Positions 28,686-39,204 are shown, numbered from the stretch's first letter. The stretch: 64,000 nucleotides of DNA from Gammaproteobacteria bacterium (GCA_965277715.1 OZ255836.1:1344001-1408000); one strand, 5' to 3'. Notes: generated by a model from the sequence alone, not told the origin. A program made the numbers and translations.

Positions 28686-28706
28686 GAACGTTAAAAAATG
28701 AGAATT

Positions 28707-28782
<76 letters not shown>

Positions 28783-28844
28783 ACACGTTGGGAGCGCGCA
28801 CTTTAAGTTGCGACCCACCACTTGTCAAGAATGAATAAGCCGGA

Positions 28845-30260
28845 TTATTCCGCCTTTTTTCGACATTCGATAAAATCAATTGCACGGTCAATACGCGCCA
28901 ATACGCGGGTTTTACCCAGTAGTTCCAATGTCAGGTCAAGCGAAGGGGAGGCAGAGGACCCCGTCACCGCAACCCGCAACGGTGGCCCCACTTTACCGAT
29001 TTTTGACTGTAGTTGATCGATAACCTGTAGCAAAACGCTTTCGATAATATCGCAAGACCAATTCTGCACGCCGGCAAACGCTACACGCAATGCCTGCAGC
29101 GTATCCAAAGCGACCGGCCTAAGTTGTTTCCTGGCGGCCTTTTCATCGTATTGATCAAAATCCTGGAAAAAATACCGGCTCTGTTCAGCCATCTGTACAA
29201 TGGTATCCACCCGCTCAGACATGACCGCGACCAGTTGATGCAGATCAGGGCCATTACTTATGTCAATACCACGCCGTGTCAGTTGCTCAGCAAGCGCTTT
29301 TTCCACAACACCGCCTTGATTGGCCTGCAGGTAGTGCCGATTAACCCAGTTGAGTTTTTCCACATTGAACATAGCCCCAGACTTATTGACATTTTCCAGC
29401 GTAAACAAAGTGCTCAGCCCCGATAAATCAAACAACTCCTGATCGCCGTGTGACCATCCCAGGCGAGCCAGATAATTCAGCAATGCACCCGGCAGATAGC
29501 CCGATTCACAGTATTGCATAACACTGACAGCACCGTGCCGTTTTGACATACGCTTACCATCATCACCCAGAATCATCGGCAAGTGTGCATAGACAGGCAC
29601 AGGCATCCCCAAGGCATTGAGAATATGGATCTGCCGCGATGTGTTGTTAATATGATCCTCACCGCGAATCACATGGGTAATAGCCATATCACTGTCATCA
29701 ACCACCACACAAAAATTGTAGGTTGGCGTGCCATCGGAGCGGGCAATGATAAGATCATCCAGCTCGGTATTATCAACAATAATTTTTCCATACACGAGGT
29801 CATTGATAATCACCTGCCCCTGTTGTGGTGTTTTAAAACGCACGACCGGATCAACACCGGCGGGGGGTGAGTCGCGGCGATCACGCCAGTAACCGTTGTA
29901 ACGCGGCTTTTCCTTACGGGCCATTTGTTCCGCTCGCATAGCCTCCAACTCCTCCCTGCTGGAATAGCAGTAGTAGGCTTTACCTTCATCCAGCAGTTGC
30001 TGAATCACAGTCTTATAACGGTCAAGCCGTTGTGTCTGGAAAAACGGCCCTTCATCGTAATCCAGACCCAGCCAGGCCATGCCGTCGAGTATCGCCTGCA
30101 CAGATTCATCGGTGGAACGCTCCCGGTCAGTATCTTCGATACGAAGTACAAACGTACCCCCCATTTTCCGTGCGTATAGCCATGAAAATAACGCTGTGCG
30201 GGCGCCACCAATATGCAGGTAACCGGTGGGGCTTGGGGCAAAACGGGTTTTAACTCTCAT
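28845..30260 (-). CDS. gltX: Glutamate--tRNA ligase
   Basis: TRFAPSPTGYLHIGG, LRIEDTD, VIRGEDH, KRMSKR. Confidence 0.97.
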   Translation of the reverse strand: MRVKTRFAPSPTGYLHIGGARTALFSWLYARKMGGTFVLRIEDTDRERSTDESVQAILDGMAWLGLDYDEGPFFQTQRLDRYKTVIQQLLDEGKAYYCYSSREELEAMRAEQMARKEKPRYNGYWRDRRDSPPAGVDPVVRFKTPQQGQVIINDLVYGKIIVDNTELDDLIIARSDGTPTYNFCVVVDDSDMAITHVIRGEDHINNTSRQIHILNALGMPVPVYAHLPMILGDDGKRMSKRHGAVSVMQYCESGYLPGALLNYLARLGWSHGDQELFDLSGLSTLFTLENVNKSGAMFNVEKLNWVNRHYLQANQGGVVEKALAEQLTRRGIDISNGPDLHQLVAVMSERVDTIVQMAEQSRYFFQDFDQYDEKAARKQLRPVALDTLQALRVAFAGVQNWSCDIIESVLLQVIDQLQSKIGKVGPPLRVAVTGSSASPSLDLTLELLGKTRVLARIDRAIDFIECRKKAE

Positions 30261-30392
30261 AATTATGTACTTTTACAATAACATGCTGGGAATAATTGAC
30301 GTTTTCTGTTAGAAAAGGTATCAGAAAAACTCGTGCGCGATTTGCGCGTGTTTCCGAATGTGTATTGTAACGAAAAACTAAAGTGAAAATCT

Positions 30393-31121
30393 GTGCTTGA
30401 AAAACCTTTAACCTGGCATTCCTCATCCATCAGCCATATAGGGTGTGTGCGTTCCAACAATGAAGATGCCTATCTCGATGCACGTGAGCAAGGTCTTTGG
30501 GCCGTCGCGGATGGCATGGGTGGTTACGCAGCGGGAGACCAGGCCAGCCAGACAGTCGTCGAGAATCTGCTTGAATTTTCACGCCTTGATGATCTCCCAA
30601 GCAATATTGATGACCTTGAAGACCGTGTCCTTAATGCAAACCGCGACTGCCTGAAACGTGCCGGTGGCAAAAAGATGATGGGCAGCACCGTGGCTATATT
30701 GTTCGCCTACGATCCGTTTTGCTTTTTTATCTGGGTGGGTGATAGTCGTATATACCGATTGCGCAATGGCCAGCTCACGCGGGTTAGTGAGGATCATAGC
30801 CTGGTTCAGGAAATGCACGCACTCGGAGAAATCACACTGGATGAAGCCGATGTCCACCCCTCTTCAAATATCATCACACGCGCCATTGGTGTACGCAAAA
30901 ATGTTTTTGTCGATGTGGAATACGCAACCGTCGAGCCTGGAGATCGCTTTATGCTATGTAGCGATGGGCTCTACAAAGACATCCGGGACGATGAGATATG
31001 CGAGATGATGAACACTGAAACCCCCGTCGAACAGGTGACACAAAATATGCTGGAGACAGCCCTGGAGCGCGGCGGTGGTGACAATATCACCATCATTGTA
31101 GTGCAGGCGGAATACATGTAA
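30393..31121 (+). CDS. PP2C-family Ser/Thr protein phosphatase
   Basis: RSNNED, VADGMGG, VGDSR, LCSDGL, GGGDNIT. Confidence 0.95.
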   Translation: MLEKPLTWHSSSISHIGCVRSNNEDAYLDAREQGLWAVADGMGGYAAGDQASQTVVENLLEFSRLDDLPSNIDDLEDRVLNANRDCLKRAGGKKMMGSTVAILFAYDPFCFFIWVGDSRIYRLRNGQLTRVSEDHSLVQEMHALGEITLDEADVHPSSNIITRAIGVRKNVFVDVEYATVEPGDRFMLCSDGLYKDIRDDEICEMMNTETPVEQVTQNMLETALERGGGDNITIIVVQAEYM

Positions 31122-31167
31122 CATCCCCTGCCGATAGCATCAATACTACGCCCTAAAGGCTCTACCT

Positions 31168-31464
31168 TTGTCGTCGAAACTACCACCTTCACTGCTTCGC
31201 CAGCACGCCCTGCTGTTTGCACAGGGCAGCATAAAGCCAAAGGATTATCGTGCGAAACGTGCGCAAATTTTGTACAACATCATTGCTATGCACTCACCGA
31301 CCGAATCGGAAAAACAAGAACAGGCCCAGGCACATGAGACTGACAATAGTGCTGATGAAAAGACTATTGAGGAAATGGCACCACCACAACAGGAAACAAC
31401 ACAGCTCGGCGGGCTGGTAGCAAACCTCCGCAACCGGATCACCTCATTCACACGCAAGCCCTGA
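31168..31464 (+). CDS. Small hypothetical protein
   Basis: Fills the gap between PP2C and GGDEF genes on the same strand; TTG start; no recognised motif. Confidence 0.45.
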   Translation: MSSKLPPSLLRQHALLFAQGSIKPKDYRAKRAQILYNIIAMHSPTESEKQEQAQAHETDNSADEKTIEEMAPPQQETTQLGGLVANLRNRITSFTRKP

Positions 31465-31546
31465 CCTTGTACAGACTGGCAACAGGTTAAGAGGCACTTC
31501 ACCTTCTAAAGTAGTAATTACCACCAGAAATAAACGCAATAACGGC

Positions 31547-31573
31547 TAATGATTATTGGTTTCATGCCGATAC
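31547..31573 (+). promoter_or_regulatory. Sigma28 (FliA)-type promoter for the diguanylate cyclase
   Basis: TAAT-N15-GCCGATAC versus consensus TAAA-N15-GCCGATAA, 21 bp upstream of ATG 31595. Confidence 0.6.
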
Positions 31574-31594
31574 TATAGAGGGATCAATATAGGT

Positions 31595-33103
31595 ATGCGA
31601 ACAGTGGCAATCTCCAAAAAAGACTGGAAAGAAAAATACTTTGATGCACTTAAGGACCTCGATGAGCGCGAGCAAAACTGGCGAAAAGTGGAGCATATGC
31701 TACGCAGTGGCATTAACCGGTTGGCCACTCTGTCGCAGGATGCTCACCAGGAACTGGATAAAAACCTGCACGAGATACGCAGAATCTCACATGGAAACAA
31801 CAATATCGATGCACTTGAAAAAGCGCTTACCTCACTGACAGGAAAAACCAATGAAAAGAACAGTAAAACACGTGAAGATACGCTAAGCCAAACAATCCAG
31901 GCCATGAGTAAATTGCTATCAATGGATAGTAAACAATTGGCGGCTATTACGCTTCACTGCCAAAAAAACGATACGCAAAAAGCCTTAAAAGTGCTGGGAA
32001 AATCCACCGGTGCCACCTTTCCATCTGCAGCACCTATTCCCAACGCCACACTCGCGACAACGCTGTTATCACTGTTAACGCAACTGGATACTCACGAAAT
32101 AGACAGCAAAACGCTGACACAACTACAACACGATATTCAAAAAGCAAAAACACCGATACAGTGGCGCAGCGCGATAGAAAAAGTAATTGAACAGGTACGC
32201 ATAGAACTCTCAGCCATTCATAATGAAAAAAATACACTGTTAGTCTTTATAAAAAAACTGACTGAACAGCTTTCAGGGCTGGAAAAAGTAGCGCTAACCG
32301 CCACACAGAATATAGGCAAGGCAAAAAAACGCTCCGCTACGATGAGCGACAGCTTACTCGGTGAGATGGAAGCTTTATCACAACACATGCTTGACAGTGA
32401 TGATATTGCAAAAATCAAACAGCAAATTAGCCGACACCTGAATTCAACACTAAAGAATATGCAACAGTATTTTGTCCAGGAAACGGCCTATCTCGACGAG
32501 GCAGAAAAAACCAACCAGGCACTATCAGGCCAATTGCGTATGGCACTCAAAGAGGCAGACGCATTGCGTGGTCAGTTGCGGGAAAGCCAACAGGCACTTT
32601 CAGAAGATGTGCTCACGGGTGTCCCGAACCGGCATGCCTACGAAGAACGTGCAAACTTTGAAGTAACCCGGCATTTACGCAACAAACAAGCGCTCACCTA
32701 TACAATCTGGGATATCGATCACTTTAAATCAATCAATGACACTTATGGTCACAGTGCTGGGGATAAGGTGTTAAAAATGATTGCACAGTTATTAAAAAAG
32801 TCCGTCAGGCAAACCGATTTTATGGCGCGCATCGGGGGCGAAGAGTTTGTCATATTATTGATTGGAACCTCACCGGAAGAAGCGATAAAAATCGCCAACA
32901 CAATCCGCAAAAGCATAGAAACCACTCGATTCGACTACAAAGGCGCTGTTATTAACGTCACCGCCTCGTGTGGTCTTACCTACTTAACTGCAACAGATAA
33001 TGTCGACACCCTATACCAGCGCGCCGATGCTGCACTGTACCAGGCAAAGCGTGGCGGTCGAAATCGCTGTATTAGCGCTGAAATGCACACCGAAGCGGCC
33101 TGA
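31595..33103 (+). CDS. Diguanylate cyclase (coiled-coil N-terminus + GGDEF)
   Basis: DVLTGVPNR, DIDHFKSINDTYGH, RQTD I-site, GGEEF. Confidence 0.95.
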   Translation: MRTVAISKKDWKEKYFDALKDLDEREQNWRKVEHMLRSGINRLATLSQDAHQELDKNLHEIRRISHGNNNIDALEKALTSLTGKTNEKNSKTREDTLSQTIQAMSKLLSMDSKQLAAITLHCQKNDTQKALKVLGKSTGATFPSAAPIPNATLATTLLSLLTQLDTHEIDSKTLTQLQHDIQKAKTPIQWRSAIEKVIEQVRIELSAIHNEKNTLLVFIKKLTEQLSGLEKVALTATQNIGKAKKRSATMSDSLLGEMEALSQHMLDSDDIAKIKQQISRHLNSTLKNMQQYFVQETAYLDEAEKTNQALSGQLRMALKEADALRGQLRESQQALSEDVLTGVPNRHAYEERANFEVTRHLRNKQALTYTIWDIDHFKSINDTYGHSAGDKVLKMIAQLLKKSVRQTDFMARIGGEEFVILLIGTSPEEAIKIANTIRKSIETTRFDYKGAVINVTASCGLTYLTATDNVDTLYQRADAALYQAKRGGRNRCISAEMHTEAA

Positions 33104-33107
33104 CAGC

Positions 33108-33238
33108 TTAGGAGTGCTGGCAAGGCGCAATGGAGGACAACAGCCATTATATTGTGGCGCGTTGTAACGCCGCCAGCGCGGAAAAGGGCCAAACCGGCTT
33201 TTCCGCAGTAGAGAGTCCAGAACCCGACAGATCCCTAA
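33108..33238. repeat. MITE-like remnant
   Basis: ttagg...cctaa ends; aacccgacagatccct resembles aacccgacaggctcct at 21247; shares ttccgcagtag with the family A repeat. Confidence 0.45.
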
Positions 33239-33344
33239 CAATGGAAAAAGTAAAATTTATCCTTAGTGTGGCATAGACAGTGTGATAGGCTAAAACCTGC
33301 CAATCCGAGGCGACAATACAGCCCTCTCTAGCCGAGACACTTCC

Positions 33345-34673
33345 ATTTCCTACCTATTACCCAACAATACACAGCAGTGGCATGCACGCGTTTGGCGACT
33401 CGCAGGGCCAATAATACTTTCTAATTTATCAGTACCCCTGGTAGGTATCGTCGACACAGCCGTCGTCGGCCACCTTCCCGACCCTGTTTACATTGGCGCC
33501 GTGGCGCTGGGTGCCATCATTTTTGGCTTTGTATTCTGGGGCTTCGGCTTTTTACGCATGGGCACAACCGGGTTTATCGCACAAGCCTGGGGAGCGGGTA
33601 ATGGCAATGAAATCCGCGCTATCGTGGCACGTGCCGCCGTACTGGCGCTATTACTCGGTGCCGTATTGATTGCACTGCAAACCCCTATTATCAACGCTGC
33701 GCTATGGGTACTGGAAGGCAGCGATGACCTCAAAAGCCATACGCGGCACTATTTTGATATCCGTATCTGGTCGGCCCCTGCAACACTGGCCAATTACGCT
33801 ATTCTGGGCTGCTTGATTGGTATGCAAAATACCCGTGCCGTATTGCTTGTTCAGTTATGCTTAAACCTGAGTAATGTGCTGTTGGATTTAGTGTTTGTCG
33901 TCGGCTTTGGTATGGATGTCGATGGTGTAGCCACCGCTACATTAATTAGCGAGTATATTGCCGCGATAGTCGGTGCATTCATTGTCTATCGACAACTTAC
34001 GGGCATTCATGGTCGGTTCAACGGCATTGCCATGTTTAATCGCCATGATGTGCGCGCCATGTTGACGGTTAATGCCAATATATTTATCCGTACACTGTGC
34101 CTTATTCTGGCCTTTTTCCTGTTCACAGCAAAAGGCACTCAGTTGGGTGAACCTATTCTTGCCGCCAACGCTGTATTGATGCATTTTTTACAACTTATTG
34201 CCTATGGGCTGGATGGTTTTGCACATGCGGCTGAAGCGCTTGTGGGTGGCGCCATCGGCTCACGCAACCGCCATGTATTTAAGCAGGCTGTTCGCGTTAC
34301 CACTATTTGGGCGTTTGCAGTTGCATTGACCTGCTCATTGATTTACTTTTTTTTCGGTGTGTTTTTAATCGGGATGATCACTGACATTCCCAGCGTGCAG
34401 GAAACGGCACACGTATACCTTCCCTGGCTGATTATAGCCCCTCTGCTTTCGGTCTGGAGCTACCAGTTAGATGGGATTTTTATCGGTGCAACCCGCACAA
34501 CTGAGATGCGCAACGCCATGCTGTTCTCGCTGTTATTCTTTGTCGTTACCTCCTGGTTTCTGACTGATTATTACGCCAACCACGGCTTGTGGGTGTCGCT
34601 GCTCTTGTTTAATCTTGTCCGTGCAGCCAGCCTTGCTGCGTATTTTCCAAGGCTGCAAAAAAATATCTGTTAA
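33345..34673 (+). CDS. MATE (DinF-like) efflux transporter; start uncertain, no canonical start upstream of 33501
   Basis: In-frame RVWRLAGPIILSNLSVPLVGIVDTAVVGHL upstream of the ORF-track start; FGFLRMGTTG, LDGFA, LDGIFIG. Confidence 0.88.
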   Translation: MSYLLPNNTQQWHARVWRLAGPIILSNLSVPLVGIVDTAVVGHLPDPVYIGAVALGAIIFGFVFWGFGFLRMGTTGFIAQAWGAGNGNEIRAIVARAAVLALLLGAVLIALQTPIINAALWVLEGSDDLKSHTRHYFDIRIWSAPATLANYAILGCLIGMQNTRAVLLVQLCLNLSNVLLDLVFVVGFGMDVDGVATATLISEYIAAIVGAFIVYRQLTGIHGRFNGIAMFNRHDVRAMLTVNANIFIRTLCLILAFFLFTAKGTQLGEPILAANAVLMHFLQLIAYGLDGFAHAAEALVGGAIGSRNRHVFKQAVRVTTIWAFAVALTCSLIYFFFGVFLIGMITDIPSVQETAHVYLPWLIIAPLLSVWSYQLDGIFIGATRTTEMRNAMLFSLLFFVVTSWFLTDYYANHGLWVSLLLFNLVRAASLAAYFPRLQKNIC

Positions 34674-34676
34674 ACC

Positions 34677-35693
34677 ATGCACATTGAAAAAAACATCTCA
34701 CTCAAAAACTTAAATTCGTTTGGGTTTGATGTCTCTGCTGAGTATTTCATCACGGCAAAATCAAACGATGATCTGCACCAGGCGATCGAATGGGCCAACA
34801 GCCGCTCGCTACCTATTTTCATACTGGGTGGTGGCAGTAACATTGTCTTAACAAAAAATATTCAGGGATTGGTTATTAATGTCGACACGCGGGGAATTGT
34901 CCTCTGTAGTGAATCTGAACACAGTGTTGAACTGGCTGTACAGGCAGGTGAACCGTGGCATGATTTTGTTGACTACTGCATTGCACACCACTATTTTGGT
35001 ATAGAAAACCTTTCCCTGATCCCCGGTAAATTAGGCGCCGCCCCGATTCAAAATATCGGTGCCTATGGTGTCGAGTTTAGCGATTTTTTTATAACCCTAA
35101 ACGCCATTAATTTATCAACAGGCGAATCAGTTCAACTGGATAAATCCGATTGTATGTTTGCCTATAGAAACAGCATATTTAAACAGGCTCTAAAAAACAC
35201 CTACCTGATTACTGAGGTGCGGTTAAGGCTGGCGAAACGGTTTGTGGCAAACACCCGTTACGGCAATATTAAACAACTGCTTGAAGAATCTGTGGATGGG
35301 ACACCCAGCGCCCGCGAGCTAAGTAATGTTATCTGCCAATTGCGGCGCAGCAAGCTGCCTGATCCCAGACAACTGGGAAATGCGGGCAGTTTTTTCACCA
35401 ACCCAATAGTTCCCCGGCATCAATTTGAACAACTGCACGACCAATACCCTAATATCGTCGGTTTTAGCGTAGATGAACAACACTGCAAACTGGCTGCCGG
35501 TTGGTTAATTGAACAGTGTGGGTGGAAGGGGTTTCGCGATGCGCGGGTGGGGGTTCATGCACAACAGGCGCTGGTACTGATCAATCACACTGAGGGGTGT
35601 GGAAATGACATTATTGCACTGGCAGATAAAATCAGACAATCTGTGCTTGATACGTTTTCTGTAACACTGGCAATTGAACCTTTGGTGTTTTAA
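34677..35693 (+). CDS. murB: UDP-N-acetylenolpyruvoylglucosamine reductase
   Basis: LGGGSN, ENLSLIPG, APIQNIGAYG, GNAGSFFTNP, QALVLIN. Confidence 0.97.
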   Translation: MHIEKNISLKNLNSFGFDVSAEYFITAKSNDDLHQAIEWANSRSLPIFILGGGSNIVLTKNIQGLVINVDTRGIVLCSESEHSVELAVQAGEPWHDFVDYCIAHHYFGIENLSLIPGKLGAAPIQNIGAYGVEFSDFFITLNAINLSTGESVQLDKSDCMFAYRNSIFKQALKNTYLITEVRLRLAKRFVANTRYGNIKQLLEESVDGTPSARELSNVICQLRRSKLPDPRQLGNAGSFFTNPIVPRHQFEQLHDQYPNIVGFSVDEQHCKLAAGWLIEQCGWKGFRDARVGVHAQQALVLINHTEGCGNDIIALADKIRQSVLDTFSVTLAIEPLVF

Positions 35694-35735
35694 CCTAAAT
35701 TCCGCAGTAGATTCAACTGAGGAATTTAGGTTTAA
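35690..35735. repeat. Palindromic repeat, family A copy 2 (complete hairpin)
   Basis: aacctaaattcc-gcagtagattcaactga-ggaatttaggtt; overlaps the murB stop codon. Confidence 0.75.
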
Positions 35736-35897
35736 TCACGTTTTAGGAACGTGTACCGGGCACACTACCAGCGTTATCTTTACGACGAGTAGACCGCCGG
35801 TTCAGCGGGAGTGGTGTTTAATTACCTACACTTGGTTTGCTCGGTTTAGGTTTATAAAAAAGCCAATCTCAGGTTTTTTATACAATGGCTGTATGCA

Positions 35898-37058
35898 TTA
35901 ATCCGACAATAAATCCTTGCCACTATTCTCTGCCAATGCGTGTGCGCCAGCAATAGCACACACTTCCATCCCCGGCAGCGTATAACGCCCAATGCGACGG
36001 GAATACAGAACCCCCGCAACCGGCGCCAGCAACGGTGTGGGCAGCTGATCTTTATCCAATGCAAACAAAGTGGCCACACAGTCACCCTTCTCCACTTGAT
36101 CACCGGGCGAACAACAAAAACTCACAACCCCCGCCTGCGGCGCAAACACCTGCCCAACCCCATCAAATGGCGTTGGTTCACATTGCAGCGCGGGCACGGG
36201 AGGCGGTGTACCTGCGAGCACACCACGCGCTTGCAGATAGGCGTAAATCCCCTGCGCATCCCGCTCTGCAATATTTTCATCAACATCCGTTTGCCCACGC
36301 AATTCCACTGTAGTGGCCATACAGGCATTGTCAATCGGGGCATTGGGAAACCGGTCGGCAAGTCGCTGCCATAGCGCACCGTTCGCCTCATCAAATGGAT
36401 TAGCGGGTGAAGGTGCCGCCAACAACACCGAGCGACAACCGAGATACGCGGCGAGATCCTCAGCCTGAGACCACAGCTCAGGCAGTACAAAAAAATACAA
36501 CACCGCTTCGTTATCGCAGTGCAAATCGAAAACAAAATCGGCATCGACAGCGCGTGAAAACAGTGCATGTTTAAGCACATCGACTATCGATTGTGGCTTC
36601 ATCTGTGCCATTATTGCTATACAGGCAGCGCGAATCGTATGGGTGTTTTCAAGCCTGTCACCGCCCAATTTATCCGCAACCCGGTCGGCGACAGCCTCGG
36701 CAATATCTGGATAATCACGGTTAAAGTTCTTGCCATTCTCAGCATAAAAACGGCCCTGCTGGGCGCCGAAAGAAAACTGGTTTAGGCCGACGGGATTGGC
36801 AAACGGCGCCACGATAATCGAGCCTTCAATCTCACCGCGTGCATCGGCTTCATCTAATTTTTGCAGCAGTTTGTATAACACCAGTAAACCCGGTGTCTCG
36901 TCGGCGTGCAGCGCAGCCTGCAAATAGGCCTTAGGGCCAGCGCCTGGCGTGCCGTAATGATGAAAGTTGAGCATTTGTGTACTGCCAGGCACTGGACCGG
37001 GCAATGCAACTGATTCCAGCCGATGGCTGTTTTTTGAGGGCACGGTAACATCTCGCAT
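35898..37058 (-). CDS. Succinylglutamate desuccinylase/aspartoacylase family (M14-like) protein
   Basis: QAALHADETPG, ANPVG, NFNR, DLHCD, TVELRG. Confidence 0.9.
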   Translation of the reverse strand: MRDVTVPSKNSHRLESVALPGPVPGSTQMLNFHHYGTPGAGPKAYLQAALHADETPGLLVLYKLLQKLDEADARGEIEGSIIVAPFANPVGLNQFSFGAQQGRFYAENGKNFNRDYPDIAEAVADRVADKLGGDRLENTHTIRAACIAIMAQMKPQSIVDVLKHALFSRAVDADFVFDLHCDNEAVLYFFVLPELWSQAEDLAAYLGCRSVLLAAPSPANPFDEANGALWQRLADRFPNAPIDNACMATTVELRGQTDVDENIAERDAQGIYAYLQARGVLAGTPPPVPALQCEPTPFDGVGQVFAPQAGVVSFCCSPGDQVEKGDCVATLFALDKDQLPTPLLAPVAGVLYSRRIGRYTLPGMEVCAIAGAHALAENSGKDLLSD

Positions 37059-37107
37059 AAGTATTTCTGCTATTCTAACGCGCTTTTTCAACTAGCCAAC
37101 ACCTGCA

Positions 37108-37959
37108 ATGACACAACGTTTTGACAGTACCAAAAACTATATCGCCAGCGAAGATTTGAAAACCGCTGTAAATGCTGCCGTCACACTCGAACGCCCACTA
37201 CTGATAAAGGGTGAACCCGGCACTGGCAAGACCCAATTGGCCGAAGAGGTGGCGGCGGCCTTTGGTGCGCAGTTAATTCAGTGGCACATCAAATCGACGA
37301 CCAAGGCACAGCAGGGGTTATACGAATACGATGCAGTATCACGCCTGCGTGATTCACAGCTTGGCGATGAAAAAGTACACGATATTGGCAACTATATTGT
37401 GCAGGGAAAATTATGGGAAGCGTTTGCCGCAAATCAACGTGCGGTGCTATTAATCGATGAAATCGACAAGGCCGATATTGAGTTCCCTAACGATCTGTTG
37501 CTGGAGCTTGATAAGATGGCGTTTTATGTCTATGAAACCCGGCAGTGGGTACGTGCGGTGCATCGTCCACTGGTGATTATCACCAGCAACAATGAAAAGG
37601 AATTACCCGATGCCTTTCTGCGCCGTTGTTTTTTTCACTATATCCAATTCCCCGATCAAGATACCCTTCACGCCATTGTCGACACCCACTTCCCCGGATT
37701 AAAACAGGATTTACTCAGTGAGGCATTAAATATTTTCCTCGCTATTCGCGACGTACCGGGGCTGAAGAAAAAGCCTTCAACCTCAGAGTTACTCGATTGG
37801 ATTAAGCTGCTGTTGGCCGAGGATATTCCCGCCGATGTGTTGCGTGAAAGCAGTAAAGAAAAATTGATCCCGCGTATGCATGGTGCGCTGTTAAAAAACG
37901 AACAGGATGTGCATTTATTTGAGCAGTTGGTATTCTTAAACCGGCGCGAACGTGCCTGA
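37108..37959 (+). CDS. MoxR-family AAA+ ATPase
   Basis: GEPGTGKT, LLIDEIDKAD, TSNNEKELPDAFLRRC. Confidence 0.93.
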   Translation: MTQRFDSTKNYIASEDLKTAVNAAVTLERPLLIKGEPGTGKTQLAEEVAAAFGAQLIQWHIKSTTKAQQGLYEYDAVSRLRDSQLGDEKVHDIGNYIVQGKLWEAFAANQRAVLLIDEIDKADIEFPNDLLLELDKMAFYVYETRQWVRAVHRPLVIITSNNEKELPDAFLRRCFFHYIQFPDQDTLHAIVDTHFPGLKQDLLSEALNIFLAIRDVPGLKKKPSTSELLDWIKLLLAEDIPADVLRESSKEKLIPRMHGALLKNEQDVHLFEQLVFLNRRERA

Positions 37960-37965
37960 TACATA

Positions 37966-39150
37966 ATGTTGCTACCATTATTTAATGGGCTGCGCAAAGC
38001 CGGTGTACCGGTTTCACTGAGCGAGTACTTATCACTGCTGCGCGGTCTGGAGCGCGGTGTTGCCGGAAATAGCATCGGGCAGTTTTATCATTTCGCCCGT
38101 ATTGCATTGGTCAAGGATGAGCAATATTACGACCGCTTTGATGCCGTATTCGCTCACTTTTATGACGGCGTGCAAAACGCCTTGAGCGAGACAACCGCGA
38201 CCATTCCCGATGAGTGGCTACGCAAACAGCTCGAACGCCATTTAAGCGATGAGGAAAAAGCGCAGATTCAATCACTCGGTGGCTGGGATAAATTAATGGA
38301 AACCCTGCGCGAGCGACTCGCTGAGCAGGAGAAACGCCACCAGGGCGGTAGCAAGATGATTGGCACGGCGGGCACATCCCCCTTTGGTGCCTACGGCTAT
38401 AACCCCGAGGGTATCCGCATTGGCCAGGATGGCTCCCGCCACCGCAGCGCGGTCAAGGTATGGGATCAACGCAGCTACCGAAACCTCGATGGTGAGCGCG
38501 AGCTTGGCACGCGCAATATTAAAGTGGCGCTGCGTAAGTTACGCCGCTTTGCACGTGAGGGTGCCGCCGAGCAGCTCGACCTCGACAACACCATCCACGC
38601 CACGGCCCGCAACGCGGGTATGCTGGATTTAAAAATGATTGCCGAGCGCCACAATGCTGTGAAAGTACTGATTTTCTTCGACATTGGTGGTTCGATGGAT
38701 GACCATATTCGCGTTTGCGAGGCGCTATTTTCTGCGGTACGCACTGAATTTAAACACCTCGAATATTATTACTTCCACAATTTTCTATACGAGCGTGTCT
38801 GGCAGGACAACCGCCGCCGACAGACGAATACCCTGCAGACATTTGAATTAATGCGTACCTACGCAGCCGACTATAAGATTATTTTTGTTGGCGATGCCAC
38901 GATGAGCCCGTATGAAATTGCTTATCCAGGCGGCAGTGTTGAACACTGGAACGAGGAGTCAGGGGAAGTGTGGATTAAACGCATACTCGCTACCTGGCCG
39001 CAGGCCGTGTGGCTGAACCCAGTAAAAGAATCGCGTTGGCCACGCATTCCCTCGGTTAGATTAACGCGGGAATTATTATCTGACAGGATGTTTCCACTGA
39101 CCTTGGATGGTTTGGATCGTGCGATTGGATCGTTGCAACGTAGACAATAA
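37966..39150 (+). CDS. VWA domain protein, MoxR partner
   Basis: DIGGSM MIDAS-like motif, VGDA; 6 bp after moxR. Confidence 0.9.
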   Translation: MLLPLFNGLRKAGVPVSLSEYLSLLRGLERGVAGNSIGQFYHFARIALVKDEQYYDRFDAVFAHFYDGVQNALSETTATIPDEWLRKQLERHLSDEEKAQIQSLGGWDKLMETLRERLAEQEKRHQGGSKMIGTAGTSPFGAYGYNPEGIRIGQDGSRHRSAVKVWDQRSYRNLDGERELGTRNIKVALRKLRRFAREGAAEQLDLDNTIHATARNAGMLDLKMIAERHNAVKVLIFFDIGGSMDDHIRVCEALFSAVRTEFKHLEYYYFHNFLYERVWQDNRRRQTNTLQTFELMRTYAADYKIIFVGDATMSPYEIAYPGGSVEHWNEESGEVWIKRILATWPQAVWLNPVKESRWPRIPSVRLTRELLSDRMFPLTLDGLDRAIGSLQRRQ

Positions 39151-39204
39151 TAAGGAGCGTGCACAAAATAAATTCCGGGATTTAGCAGAATTACACAACA
39201 AACC

